From an uncultured bacterium (GTDB taxonomy: Bacteria > AUK180), in contig CALMGJ010000027.1 of assembly GCA_937863565.1 (NCBI GenBank), forward strand, positions 1-40,351: 40,351 bases of DNA, given 5' to 3'. The notes under the pieces were generated by a model. It saw only the letters and a list, made by a program, of their open reading frames with translations. It had not been told where the DNA came from and did not search any database. Position numbers and translations under genes: made by a program. Below are positions 19,390 through 28,510 of this stretch, piece after piece. How positions within the stretch are numbered: position 1 is the first letter of the stretch; each line of letters opens with the position of its first letter.

Positions 19390-19986
19390 ATGAAATGCCG
19401 AATGATCCTATTCATTTCAATTGCCCTCGTGTTCGCCTCGTGTGCTCCAAAGGTGAAGCCCGTTCAGGAGAATACCGGAAAAATAGAAGAGGAGGTCAGC
19501 GTTTTCAAATACGCCTCGTCCGACCTGAAAGGATTGATCAACATTCCGGCCAATATTAAAGTAAATAAAGAAGATGTTTCCGAAGTAAGGAGCAATGAAT
19601 TCTCTGTGAACATCTATCGCGCCGAGCTTGAGGTGATCGCTGAAGCGTGTACCGATACGGGTGCGGGATCGGCCGATCCGGAAATCACCGCGGAAACAAA
19701 AGCGATGACCATGAAGATTATCGATGCCGGCGATTCGAAAAGTTACCCTTTGTTCCTATCGCATACGATGTTCTTTAAATTCGGGGAGAAAAAGGATACG
19801 ATGACCGAATACAAGGATAAAATGACAGTGAAGGACTGGCAGATCGTCTGTGATCATGACAAGAATTCGGGCAAGGGAAGTATTTCCGCGGTTTCGGGCC
19901 AGATCATGGTCGTAATGAATTTCGAGAACTATGATTTTGAGCTTTGCAGATCCATTTTCAGGGAAATGCTGAGCCTGAATAATTAA
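19390..19986 (+). CDS. Hypothetical lipoprotein
   Basis: MKCRMILFISIALVFASC lipoprotein signal. Confidence 0.78.
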   Translation: MKCRMILFISIALVFASCAPKVKPVQENTGKIEEEVSVFKYASSDLKGLINIPANIKVNKEDVSEVRSNEFSVNIYRAELEVIAEACTDTGAGSADPEITAETKAMTMKIIDAGDSKSYPLFLSHTMFFKFGEKKDTMTEYKDKMTVKDWQIVCDHDKNSGKGSISAVSGQIMVVMNFENYDFELCRSIFREMLSLNN

Positions 19987-19993
19987 ATTTTTA

Positions 19994-20264
19994 GGGAGTT
20001 GTGATAGGTGGGGAGGCAGCGGTTCCCTGTAGCCTGAAACCCGCTTTAGCAGGACCGAATACCCTTCAGAGGCCCCCCGTTCTTTGTGGAACCGTTCGAA
20101 GAAAGCGTTGAAGCCGGGGTCCGCCGCTTCGAAACCGGGCGAACCCTGTGAGATCCGGAAGGAAGCAGCAGTAAACCGCGGATCGCTGCCGGTGGAGCGC
20201 CTTGGCGGAGCCGGATGCGTACGGAGAAGCCGGGACGGAAGGTCGAAGAAGGGGCACAACTTCC
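19994..20264 (+). ncRNA. ffs: Large (Alu-domain) bacterial SRP RNA
   Basis: Terminal helix GGGAGTTGTG/CACAACTTCC; 5' GGGGAGGCAGCGGTTCCCTGTA Alu-like domain similar to Bacillus scRNA; helix 8 TCCGGAAGGAAGCAGC; directly upstream of dnaX. Confidence 0.93.
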
Positions 20265-20275
20265 GAGGAACAGAT

Positions 20276-21910
20276 ATGGCAGAGGAAAAGTATATAGTAT
20301 TTGCTAGAAAGTACAGGGCTCAGAAGTTCGACGAAATGGTCGGACAGGAACACATAGTGAAAACCCTTAAAAACGCCGTTCTGACGAAGAATATAGGTCA
20401 TGCCTACCTGTTCTCGGGTCCGCGCGGCGTGGGAAAAACCTCGATGGCCCGAATACTCGCCAAAAGCCTCAACTGCAGTGAAGGGCCTACACAGGAGCCC
20501 TGCGGGAGGTGCAATTCCTGCATTTCGATCACGAAAGGCTCGTCGCTCGACGTGGTCGAGATCGACGGCGCTTCGAACAGAAGGATCGATGATATTAGAA
20601 ATCTTATCGATCAGTTGAAATATCCGCCCGTCGAAGGGCGCGATAAGAAGAAGATATATATTATCGACGAAGTCCATATGCTTACTAACGAAGCTTTCAA
20701 TGCGCTTTTAAAATCGCTGGAAGAACCGCCCGAATATGTGATATTCGTTTTCGCAACGACCGAACCCTATAAGGTCCCCGCAACGATCCTGTCCAGATGC
20801 CAGCGTTTTGATTTCAGGAGGATCCCGCTTAAGAAGATCTCAGATAAGCTGGCAGATATCGGGAAACTCGAGAACATCGACGCGGAACCGGAGATATATT
20901 CCTATATTGCGATGCATGCCGAGGGTTCTCTCCGTGATGCAGAAGTGATGCTCGACCAGATCAATTCATTCTCCGACGGCAGGATCACGCTTCAGGGAGT
21001 TGAGGATTTCCTCGGCGTCATCAGCATTGACTGGGTAATGAAGATCCTTGAAAAGGTCTTCCAGAAGGATATCGGGAGTTCTCTGGACCTCGTGAACAAG
21101 ATCTACTACAACGGCCTCAACCTGAAAGATCTCCTCATCGCCGTGCTCAAGGTCTGCCGGGATATGATCATCCTGAAGACTTTATCCTCTGACGAGAAAG
21201 TGATGCTCTACTTCCCTGAAGAAAGCTACGGTAAGTGGCAGGAACTGATCAAGGACAAGGACCTCGAGATCATAATGACCTTCATGAGATGCGTACAGAA
21301 AACATACGACAAAGTGAAATACTCCGAGAATGTTAACCTTGACATTGAAACGATGCTTGTAGAGATGATACATCTTTACGAGGCTTATTCCATAGATGAG
21401 CTGATCTCTCTGAGCGAAGCAGCCAATATTAAAAGAAAAATAAGAGGCGCTTCACCCGCTCCCGCCGAGACATCGACCGCTCCGGCAGCAGCGGCTGCGG
21501 ACACGGCGGCTTCGTCCGAAGCGATAATAGACAACGATAATTTCGAAGCTTTCAAGTCCTACATCAGATCCGCCTCCCCCGCTCTTTATGCGGATTATCT
21601 CGATCTTACTTTCCTTCACAGTGTCGAAGGCGGCAAGCTCAAGGTATTTTTCAAGGATATCTCAAAATTAAAGTATAAGGAGAGGCAGGCCGCCTCATGG
21701 GTAGAGGTCGAGAAGATGGCCTCCAAGTTCTTCGGGATCAAGGATATCAGTATAACGATCAATCTCGGAGGTTCGTCCTTTATCGATAAGAAGGGAGCAT
21801 TGCCCGGGAGCGGTCTTGAAGACGATGTAGAGGCTAATATTCCTGAGATAAAAACGATCAAGGAGGCGTTCTCTGCAAAGGTCAAAGTGAAGAAGAAGGA
21901 GAACCAATGA
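20276..21910 (+). CDS. dnaX: DNA polymerase III subunit gamma/tau
   Basis: ARKYR, HAYLFSGPRGVGKTS, C4 zinc site, IIDEVHML, AFNALLKSLEEPP, TILSRCQ; GAGG SD before ATG 20276. Confidence 0.97.
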   Translation: MAEEKYIVFARKYRAQKFDEMVGQEHIVKTLKNAVLTKNIGHAYLFSGPRGVGKTSMARILAKSLNCSEGPTQEPCGRCNSCISITKGSSLDVVEIDGASNRRIDDIRNLIDQLKYPPVEGRDKKKIYIIDEVHMLTNEAFNALLKSLEEPPEYVIFVFATTEPYKVPATILSRCQRFDFRRIPLKKISDKLADIGKLENIDAEPEIYSYIAMHAEGSLRDAEVMLDQINSFSDGRITLQGVEDFLGVISIDWVMKILEKVFQKDIGSSLDLVNKIYYNGLNLKDLLIAVLKVCRDMIILKTLSSDEKVMLYFPEESYGKWQELIKDKDLEIIMTFMRCVQKTYDKVKYSENVNLDIETMLVEMIHLYEAYSIDELISLSEAANIKRKIRGASPAPAETSTAPAAAAADTAASSEAIIDNDNFEAFKSYIRSASPALYADYLDLTFLHSVEGGKLKVFFKDISKLKYKERQAASWVEVEKMASKFFGIKDISITINLGGSSFIDKKGALPGSGLEDDVEANIPEIKTIKEAFSAKVKVKKKENQ

Positions 21911-22221
21911 CAAATTTCAACAAGATGATGAAGGATGCGATGAAACTTCAGACCGAAATGCTGAAGAAACAGGAAGAGATAAAGAAAGTCGAGGTCGGAG
22001 GTGAAGCCGCCGGAGGCATGGTCAAGGTCACGATGACATGCGGGTTCGAGGTGAAATTGATCACTATCGGAGAGGAGATCTGGAAAGAGAACGACAAGGA
22101 TATGCTTGCCGATCTTATTGCTGCCGCTTTTAATAATGCTCTTAGAAAAGCTCAGGATGTAATGGCGGAAGAGATGTCCAAACTTACCGGAGGACTGGGT
22201 ATACAGCTTCCTAATATGTGA
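21907..22221 (+). CDS. ybaB: YbaB/EbfC nucleoid-associated protein
   Basis: MMKDAMKLQ, GEAAGGMVKVT, DMLADLIAAAFN; dnaX-ybaB-recR synteny. Confidence 0.95.
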   Translation: MTNFNKMMKDAMKLQTEMLKKQEEIKKVEVGGEAAGGMVKVTMTCGFEVKLITIGEEIWKENDKDMLADLIAAAFNNALRKAQDVMAEEMSKLTGGLGIQLPNM

Positions 22222-22225
22222 TGCT

Positions 22226-22819
22226 ATGCTGAAGAATATAAGACGTCTGCTTAAAACTTTCCACGATCTCCCTTATCTGGGAAGGAAGACTGCGGAACGT
22301 GTCGTGTTCTCTCTTTTGGAGGCCGATGAAAGTAAACTCAGGGTTCTTCGCGATCTGATATCCGAACTATCTGAAAAAAGGACCGTATGCGAAGTGTGCA
22401 ATGTGGCCTCGTCATCTTCTGTATGCGATGTATGTGCCGACGCGGCCAGGGAGAAGATCCTCTGCATCGTGGAAAATTCCAAGGAGTACTACAAGATCGA
22501 GTTGGCCGGCATATTCAGCGGGAAATATCATGTGCTCGGCGGCTTGATCTCGCCGTTCCAGAGCAAGACCTTCGGTGAACTCAATACTTCAAATATCAGG
22601 GAAAGGATAGAGAAAGAAGGGATCAAAGAGGTCATGATCGCGCTCTCTCCGCTTCCAGAAGGGGACATTACAGCATCGTACATCATCGATCTTCTCAAAG
22701 GATGCGATGTGGAGATAACCAAGACGGCTGTAGGAGTTCCCAGCGGGATATTCATGGAGAATGCCGACGAGATAACATTGAAGAACGCAATAACGGGGAG
22801 GGTCCGTGTCAAAAAATAG
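22226..22819 (+). CDS. recR: Recombination mediator RecR
   Basis: HhH LPYLGRKTAER, CxxC..CxxC zinc finger, Toprim ICIVE, YHVLGG.ISP, EGDITA, GVP.G..E.ADE.TL. Confidence 0.95.
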   Translation: MLKNIRRLLKTFHDLPYLGRKTAERVVFSLLEADESKLRVLRDLISELSEKRTVCEVCNVASSSSVCDVCADAAREKILCIVENSKEYYKIELAGIFSGKYHVLGGLISPFQSKTFGELNTSNIRERIEKEGIKEVMIALSPLPEGDITASYIIDLLKGCDVEITKTAVGVPSGIFMENADEITLKNAITGRVRVKK

Positions 22820-24392
22820 GTTTTTATCCCTTATCCTTATTTTCCTCGCCTCTGCGGTCATTTCCGGGGATACTTATTTTGTGATCGACAACAATACCAA
22901 TACTGTGCTGAACAGGTATTTTGCCGCTATTTACAAGAATCCGGCCGCCCATTTCAATCATCCGCACGTCACTTATTCGCTTACCTTCAAAGATGCCCTG
23001 GAGCTGGACAATATCGGCTTTATCATTCCGCTCGGTAACCTTTATATCGGATTGGGATCCTTCAATAAGACTCCGTATTACGAGAATGCCGTCAATCTGA
23101 AATACGGGTTCGGCGATTATCTTAATATCGGAATGACCTATTTTGGCGTGATCGATACCTCCACTTCTTCGCCTCCAATCGAGAGTATGGTAAATATCGG
23201 GGTTACTATTTACCCTTTTACCCGCGAATTTAAAAAGGGAGGGCAACTGACCAATTTCTGCTTATCTTTCTACTATGACGGACTTGTCAGGAGCGAAGAC
23301 CTGAAATCTTTATTCCCCCGCGTTCTCGGTATAGGCGCCGGTTTCTTTTATAAGGAATCCCTGAAGATCTTTTTTAATTCCGAAAAAACGGAAGGTGATG
23401 ATCCGGAACTCGGCATAGGATTCGCTGCTAAACTGAGGGAAGGGTTCAACCTCTACTTCGGAGGCAAATTGAACGGAGTATCCGTCGGATGCGAATACAT
23501 CTACGGAGATGTGAGTTTAATGGCGGGTTTCAACCGGACCGACGGAAGAAATACCGCAAGGGTAAATATAAATTTCATACCGGGCAACACTCATAATCTT
23601 CTCGCCCGTGAACTTCTTAGAAGCGGCATTGAGGCTTACAAGAATATGGATTATGAAAGGGCGATAGAAATATTCAATCAGGTGCTGGGGATAAACCCAG
23701 GCAATGATGAAGCTAAGCAGTTCATTAACCTTTCAAAAGAGAGGATTCAACGTGAAGCGGATCTGATCGTCAATAAAAAGATGCTTAACATCGTTCAGTT
23801 GATAAGGGATAAGAAGGTGGAAGAAGCTAAACAGGAATTCGACGAATTAAAAAAATACCATCCCGGATATGAGAGCAAGTGGAGTCAACTCCTTGAAAAA
23901 TTCCCGAAGGAAGCGAAACACATCCGGGAGAAACTCGATGAGGCGCCTAAGGAGAACGGAGCGGCCTTTACAAGGAAACTTGCCGAAGTGAACAAACTTA
24001 TTGCCGAAAAGGATCTTCCGGAAGCAAAGAGGTCCTTCTCAATATTGAAGGATATCCCGAAATCCGCTGAAAGAGAATATCAGAAAACGAAGGACGATCT
24101 TGAAAAAGCGATCGCCGAGAGGGTCTCCATTCTAGTAAATGGCGTACAGAAAGGCATTAATGATGATAATCTTACGTTTTTTGAAGAGATACTCGCTCTT
24201 GACCGCGAGAATGTATTTGCAAAAAATTCAATAATTTCGTATTATTTAAATAAGGGCGAGGTTTTTTACAGGAACCAGGATTTTGAAAATGCCCTGCGGA
24301 TGTGGCAGAAAGTACTTGAATATGAAACGTCGAACAGCAAAGCTTTACAGTATATTGAGACGACAAAGAAAAAAATGGAGCAACGGAAGTGA
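22806..24392 (+). CDS. Exported protein: N-terminal PorV-like beta-barrel plus C-terminal TPR/helical region
   Basis: Signal peptide; AIYKNPA motif (cf. A..WNPA of PorV/FadL-like barrels), beta-strand pattern to ~aa 260; TPRs GIEAY...YERAIEIFNQVL.INP and KGEVFYRNQDFENALRMWQKVL. Confidence 0.7.
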   Translation: MSKNRFLSLILIFLASAVISGDTYFVIDNNTNTVLNRYFAAIYKNPAAHFNHPHVTYSLTFKDALELDNIGFIIPLGNLYIGLGSFNKTPYYENAVNLKYGFGDYLNIGMTYFGVIDTSTSSPPIESMVNIGVTIYPFTREFKKGGQLTNFCLSFYYDGLVRSEDLKSLFPRVLGIGAGFFYKESLKIFFNSEKTEGDDPELGIGFAAKLREGFNLYFGGKLNGVSVGCEYIYGDVSLMAGFNRTDGRNTARVNINFIPGNTHNLLARELLRSGIEAYKNMDYERAIEIFNQVLGINPGNDEAKQFINLSKERIQREADLIVNKKMLNIVQLIRDKKVEEAKQEFDELKKYHPGYESKWSQLLEKFPKEAKHIREKLDEAPKENGAAFTRKLAEVNKLIAEKDLPEAKRSFSILKDIPKSAEREYQKTKDDLEKAIAERVSILVNGVQKGINDDNLTFFEEILALDRENVFAKNSIISYYLNKGEVFYRNQDFENALRMWQKVLEYETSNSKALQYIETTKKKMEQRK

Positions 24393-25891
24393 AATTTTTT
24401 AGTTTTAGGTGGAAACTCCTTTCCGTAATAGTCTCTGTCCTTATTCTGGCGCTTATTCTATTTTCCCTACTTATTAATATTTATGAGAAAAATCTCCTTT
24501 TAAAACTTTCATCGGAAAAGGGGAAGATCGTGAATGATACGATATTCAACAATCTTGAGATCCTGATGGATACGGGAAGCAAACTCCAGATCTACGACCT
24601 TCTTGAAAAGCATTTTACGGACGAGATCGTTTCAGTTTCAATAATAGACTTGGGTACGGGAAAAATTGTATACTCCTCTGTAAGGGAAAATGAGAACGGC
24701 ATGATTCCAGGTGAGATGCTTGAGAGGATTAGAGAGATCAAGGTCAGACTTCCGACCATCTCAATAACTGCAAATAAATCAAGATTCTTCTATTCTTACA
24801 TTGGGAAGAACTTCTTCGACCTGGAAGGGGATTTCTATTCGGAGATCATATATTCCGAGAAGAAGATCTATGATTCCATTGCCGGTCAGACAAAGCAGAT
24901 ATTTCTGATCTCTTTTGTCATCCTGGTGATCGGTTTCCTGGCAAGTTTCTTTTTCGGGATGATCATTAATAAACCTGTGGAAACACTGATCCTGGGCACA
25001 AAAGAGATCGGTAACGGCAATCTCGACTACAATATTCCGCTCAGGACCTCCGATGAGTTCGGGAAACTCGCGGAATCATTCAATAGGATGTCCCAGAACC
25101 TGAAATTCGCTCAAAAACAGGTGATCGTGAAAGAATTGATGGAAAGGGATATCAAACTCGCTCAGGATATTCAGAATTCGCTTTTTACGAAGGAACTTCC
25201 CAAAAGCGAGTTCCTTGATATCACAACGCATTACGAGTTCGCCCGGGTCATCGGTGGAGATTATTATGAAGTGCTCACGAAAGACTCGACCACGGCCGTG
25301 CTCGTTGCGGACGTTTCCGGAAAGGGAATACCCGGTTCGCTTATAATGGTCATGCTGCGAAGTCTGATAAAGTCGCTTTTCTATCAGGAAAACGATCTTA
25401 AAGAATTGATGTTGAAGGTGAACCACCTCCTCATGAGGGATATCACTCCGGGGAAATTCGTAACCCTGCTCATGGCTCAGATCGCTGAAAAAACGGGCCA
25501 GGTCAGCATCCTGAACGCGGGGCATTTACCTCTGTACAAATACGATGCTGCCCAGAAAAAAGTAGTTGAGATCAATCCCGGCGGTTTGGGTCTGGGCCTT
25601 AATGACGGGATCATCTTCAAAGAGAACATGAAGCTCGCACAGGACGAATTGAGAGAAGGGGATATCTACCTCTTTTGCACTGACGGCGTAACTGAGGCCA
25701 TGAACCCCAATAAAGAGCAGTTCGGCGAGGAGCGGCTGAAGCAGGCGATAATCGATAATCATGACGGTACTTCCGCCGATATTCTGGAAGCGGTAAAAAG
25801 GGAAGTGAGGAATTTCCTGATCGGCGAAGAATTGCACGACGATTTCACTATGGTCGTCCTAAAAAAGAAAAAAGGAGGTTTGAATGGCTAA
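24389..25891 (+). CDS. Membrane HAMP-domain PP2C phosphatase (RsbU/SpoIIE family)
   Basis: Two TMs with periplasmic domain; HAMP DEFGKLAESFNRM; A.DIQ, IGGDYYE, VADVSGKG, NAGH, CTDGVTEA, HDDFT. Confidence 0.93.
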   Translation: MKFFSFRWKLLSVIVSVLILALILFSLLINIYEKNLLLKLSSEKGKIVNDTIFNNLEILMDTGSKLQIYDLLEKHFTDEIVSVSIIDLGTGKIVYSSVRENENGMIPGEMLERIREIKVRLPTISITANKSRFFYSYIGKNFFDLEGDFYSEIIYSEKKIYDSIAGQTKQIFLISFVILVIGFLASFFFGMIINKPVETLILGTKEIGNGNLDYNIPLRTSDEFGKLAESFNRMSQNLKFAQKQVIVKELMERDIKLAQDIQNSLFTKELPKSEFLDITTHYEFARVIGGDYYEVLTKDSTTAVLVADVSGKGIPGSLIMVMLRSLIKSLFYQENDLKELMLKVNHLLMRDITPGKFVTLLMAQIAEKTGQVSILNAGHLPLYKYDAAQKKVVEINPGGLGLGLNDGIIFKENMKLAQDELREGDIYLFCTDGVTEAMNPNKEQFGEERLKQAIIDNHDGTSADILEAVKREVRNFLIGEELHDDFTMVVLKKKKGGLNG

Positions 25892-26225
25892 TTTAGACAT
25901 TAGACCTGAAGATAAGAACGGCGTAATGATACTGCATTTAAAAGGATTTCTTGATGCGTATACCTTCCAGGATTTCGAGAACAGACTTTCCGAGCTGATC
26001 GGAGAGAACAAGGTGAAGATAGTCGTTGCCATGGATGAACTCGATTATATCTCTTCTGCCGGCCTCGGTGTTTTCATGAGCAAGATAGGAGAGATAAGAA
26101 GCCGCGGCGGAGATATTAAATTGACACAGCTCAATACAAAAGTGTTCAAGGTCTTCGAGCTTCTGGGATTTACGAAATTATTCCAGACATTCGATAATAT
26201 TCAGGAAGCATTAGAAAGTTTCTGA
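25884..26225 (+). CDS. STAS anti-sigma-factor antagonist (RsbV/SpoIIAA-like)
   Basis: LKGFLDA, LDYISSAGLG with phospho-acceptor Ser, VFELLGF; AGGAGG SD. Confidence 0.93.
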   Translation: MANLDIRPEDKNGVMILHLKGFLDAYTFQDFENRLSELIGENKVKIVVAMDELDYISSAGLGVFMSKIGEIRSRGGDIKLTQLNTKVFKVFELLGFTKLFQTFDNIQEALESF

Positions 26226-26337
26226 TGAGCGTCCTGTGTGTCCGCTCTTCCACTCGGGCTGATTCCTTCCGGGTTTCAATCCCGTTTATCATCAAAGAAA
26301 ATCATCTGATAAAAATACTTCGTTATCCGCTCATTAT

Positions 26338-26359
26338 CCGGGGCTGTTCCCGGTTTTTT
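26338..26359 (+). terminator. Putative intrinsic terminator
   Basis: CCGGGG-CTGT-TCCCGG hairpin followed by T6. Confidence 0.45.
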
Positions 26360-26402
26360 GCCGGATATTATCCGTGTCCCGGACAAAGATAGGGGATACT
26401 TA

Positions 26403-27020
26403 ATGTCCGCTGAAGATCTTCGCAGGATTGAGCATGAAATAGCACTGGCAGCATCCGGCTTCGAGATACTGAAAAAATCAAGCACATTAAAGGATTTCAC
26501 TCTTGCTGCGGAACTTATACGCGAGACCTTGAATAAAGGAAATAAGATATTGATCGCAGGGAACGGAGGTTCTGCTGCGGACGCCCAGCACATTGCCGGA
26601 GAATTCATCGTCCGTCTTTTCCCGGAAGAGAGAAGGGGAGCACTTCCGGCGATCGCTCTCACTACCGATTCATCCGTGCTCACGGCCTGCGCTAATGATC
26701 TCGGCTTCAAATATATCTTCTCCCGCCAGATCGAAGCTCTGGGAACTCCGGGAGATCTTTTCTGGGGCATATCCACGAGCGGTTCTTCAGAGAATATTCT
26801 TGCCGCTTTTGAGACGGCAAAAGCAAGAAAGATGAAAACTCTTCTTTTCAAAGGGCCGAAAAAATGCCCTTTGAAGGTTGATGTATGCGTCTCCGTCCCG
26901 GGAAATGATACGCCCACCATTCAATTATATCATCTTTTCTTCGAGCATATGGCGGTCAAATTCGCCACAAGCACTAAGGCAAAGACACCTCATCCGCCTA
27001 AAGGTTCAACAAGGCGCTGA
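26403..27020 (+). CDS. gmhA: D-sedoheptulose 7-phosphate isomerase
   Basis: GNGGSAADAQHIAGE, PAIALTTDSS.LTA.AND, ISTSGSSENI, T.TIQ..H; AGGGG SD before ATG 26403. Confidence 0.92.
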   Translation: MSAEDLRRIEHEIALAASGFEILKKSSTLKDFTLAAELIRETLNKGNKILIAGNGGSAADAQHIAGEFIVRLFPEERRGALPAIALTTDSSVLTACANDLGFKYIFSRQIEALGTPGDLFWGISTSGSSENILAAFETAKARKMKTLLFKGPKKCPLKVDVCVSVPGNDTPTIQLYHLFFEHMAVKFATSTKAKTPHPPKGSTRR

Positions 27021-27661
27021 TGATGCCGGAACACTCACTGGAAGAAGATCTCAGTATAATGAATATTTTCAATGATTTGAGAAAGAGCGAAGGAGTGCTA
27101 AAAAAGACCCTGATGCATTCTGCCGCGCTTTTGCTCTCTGTCTTCATAGTCGGTATAGGATTCAGCTGCGGGTATCTTTACCGTTACGTTAAACAACTCT
27201 TAGATACGGGAGAGGACAACCTTCCCCGGTGGGAAATCATGAACATCGAAGATCTGAAAGCAATGTATATAAGCGGGTGGAGAGCTTTTCTCCCGCTTCT
27301 GCCGTTCATTGTTCTGCTCACGATCCTCTACCTGACCGTTCCGCACCGCTGGTTCATCATACCTGTTCTGATGTCGGTCCTCTCGTTCATTCTTATCCCG
27401 TATGTGTTCATCAGATATGCGTCGAGGGGTTCTATCAAGGAAACTTTTTCACCCTCCGTCTTTTTTATTTTTCTAAAAGAACGGTTTCTTTATATAGGCA
27501 TAGCGCTTGTGATCAGTCTGCTGCTTTTCGCTGTTTCCCTTCTGGGTATTCTATTCATTATCGGCTTTTTCTTTACTTTTTCCTGGTTTTTAGTTATAAT
27601 ATTAAATATGTGGACGCGAATATATAAATTTGAAAACAAAAACGGAGGGCATTATGTTTAA
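27020..27661 (+). CDS. DUF4013-like membrane protein
   Basis: Multiple TMs; GY...............LPRW motif. Confidence 0.7.
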   Translation: MMPEHSLEEDLSIMNIFNDLRKSEGVLKKTLMHSAALLLSVFIVGIGFSCGYLYRYVKQLLDTGEDNLPRWEIMNIEDLKAMYISGWRAFLPLLPFIVLLTILYLTVPHRWFIIPVLMSVLSFILIPYVFIRYASRGSIKETFSPSVFFIFLKERFLYIGIALVISLLLFAVSLLGILFIIGFFFTFSWFLVIILNMWTRIYKFENKNGGHYV

Positions 27662-28139
27662 GAAGGTTAAAAAGTATCTGATCTTTTCGCTGCCTTTGAT
27701 CCTCGCGCTGGCTCTTTTCGCGGGATGCTCGGAAGAGGATTCTCCTCTTACTTTCTATGTGAAGGATGTTGATCCTCTATCGACAAGTTATTCCGGCGCG
27801 GCCGTTCCCGTAACGGTCGATCTGGCGCTTGAGTACACAGGCTCGAACAATGATGCCGCCCCTTCGGGTGCGACCATAGATAAATTGACCTTATCGGCGA
27901 GGACGATCTCCGGTACGGATATCGGCACGGTCACCCCCATCACGCTCGTATTCACAGCGTATGTGGCGACTGGCGGAACATCGACTTTCACGGCCGATGA
28001 TGTTATTTGGACGAGTATGAAAACTTATATGGACGCTGCGGCAACCCCAAGCCAGACCGTTGTGCATTTTGTTTTCAATGCTACCGACACGTCCGGGAAC
28101 ATCCTTACGGCCGAAGGGGATATGACCCTTACCAAATAA
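27654..28139 (+). CDS. Hypothetical lipoprotein
   Basis: GGAGG SD; lipobox LFAGC; Thr-rich beta-type body. Confidence 0.8.
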   Translation: MFKKVKKYLIFSLPLILALALFAGCSEEDSPLTFYVKDVDPLSTSYSGAAVPVTVDLALEYTGSNNDAAPSGATIDKLTLSARTISGTDIGTVTPITLVFTAYVATGGTSTFTADDVIWTSMKTYMDAAATPSQTVVHFVFNATDTSGNILTAEGDMTLTK

Positions 28140-28181
28140 GGATTCGGCAGCATCTTTCATATTTTTTCCCGAACATGATAA

Positions 28182-28255
28182 CGGGGAGTAGCGCAGCCGG
28201 CTAGCGCGCATGGTTTGGGACCATGAGGCCGCGGGTTCGAGTCCCGCTTCCCCGA
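28182..28255 (+). tRNA. tRNA-Pro(TGG), CCA not encoded
   Basis: Acceptor CGGGGAG/TTCCCCG, anticodon stem CATGG/CCATG with loop TT-TGG-GA, T-arm GCGGG-TTCGAGT-CCCGC. Confidence 0.96.
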
Positions 28256-28367
28256 TATTCTGTTCACCACCCTCCGTATCCCGCACATCCCTTGCCGCCT
28301 TTGAAAAGGATCTTATTTTGATTTTCAGACCGGCAGATGCGGACAGATACAACGACAATAGCATTGC

Positions 28368-28440
28368 GCACCCTTAGCTTAACGGATAGAGCACCGGACT
28401 TCGACTCCGCAGGTTGCAGGTTCAAATCCTGCAGGGTGCG
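28368..28440 (+). tRNA. tRNA-Arg(TCG), CCA not encoded
   Basis: Acceptor GCACCCT/AGGGTGC, D-loop GGATA, anticodon loop CT-TCG-AC, T-arm GCAGG-TTCAAAT-CCTGC; C27:C43 mismatch. Confidence 0.93.
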
Positions 28441-28510
28441 CTTATGCTTTGATTTTTTTCCCTTGTTATCAGTGAAAATAGATTAAACCGGTGAATCCCT
28501 GATTACGCTT

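Noticed and set aside
20084-20275. 64-aa N-terminal extension of dnaX and antisense ORFs 20066-20677 and 19756-20259
   Set aside because: They overlap the SRP RNA and dnaX; the real start is ATG 20276 with an SD
21400-21500. Programmed -1 frameshift site in dnaX producing gamma
   Set aside because: A-rich stretch AAAAGAAAAATAAG is not an A-AAA-AAG or long poly-A slippery site
26320-26334. lac operator-like TGAGCGGATAAC on the minus strand, or DnaA boxes
   Set aside because: Only a partial match without operator symmetry; TTATCCG copies differ from TTATCCACA at two or more positions; no LacI or oriC context
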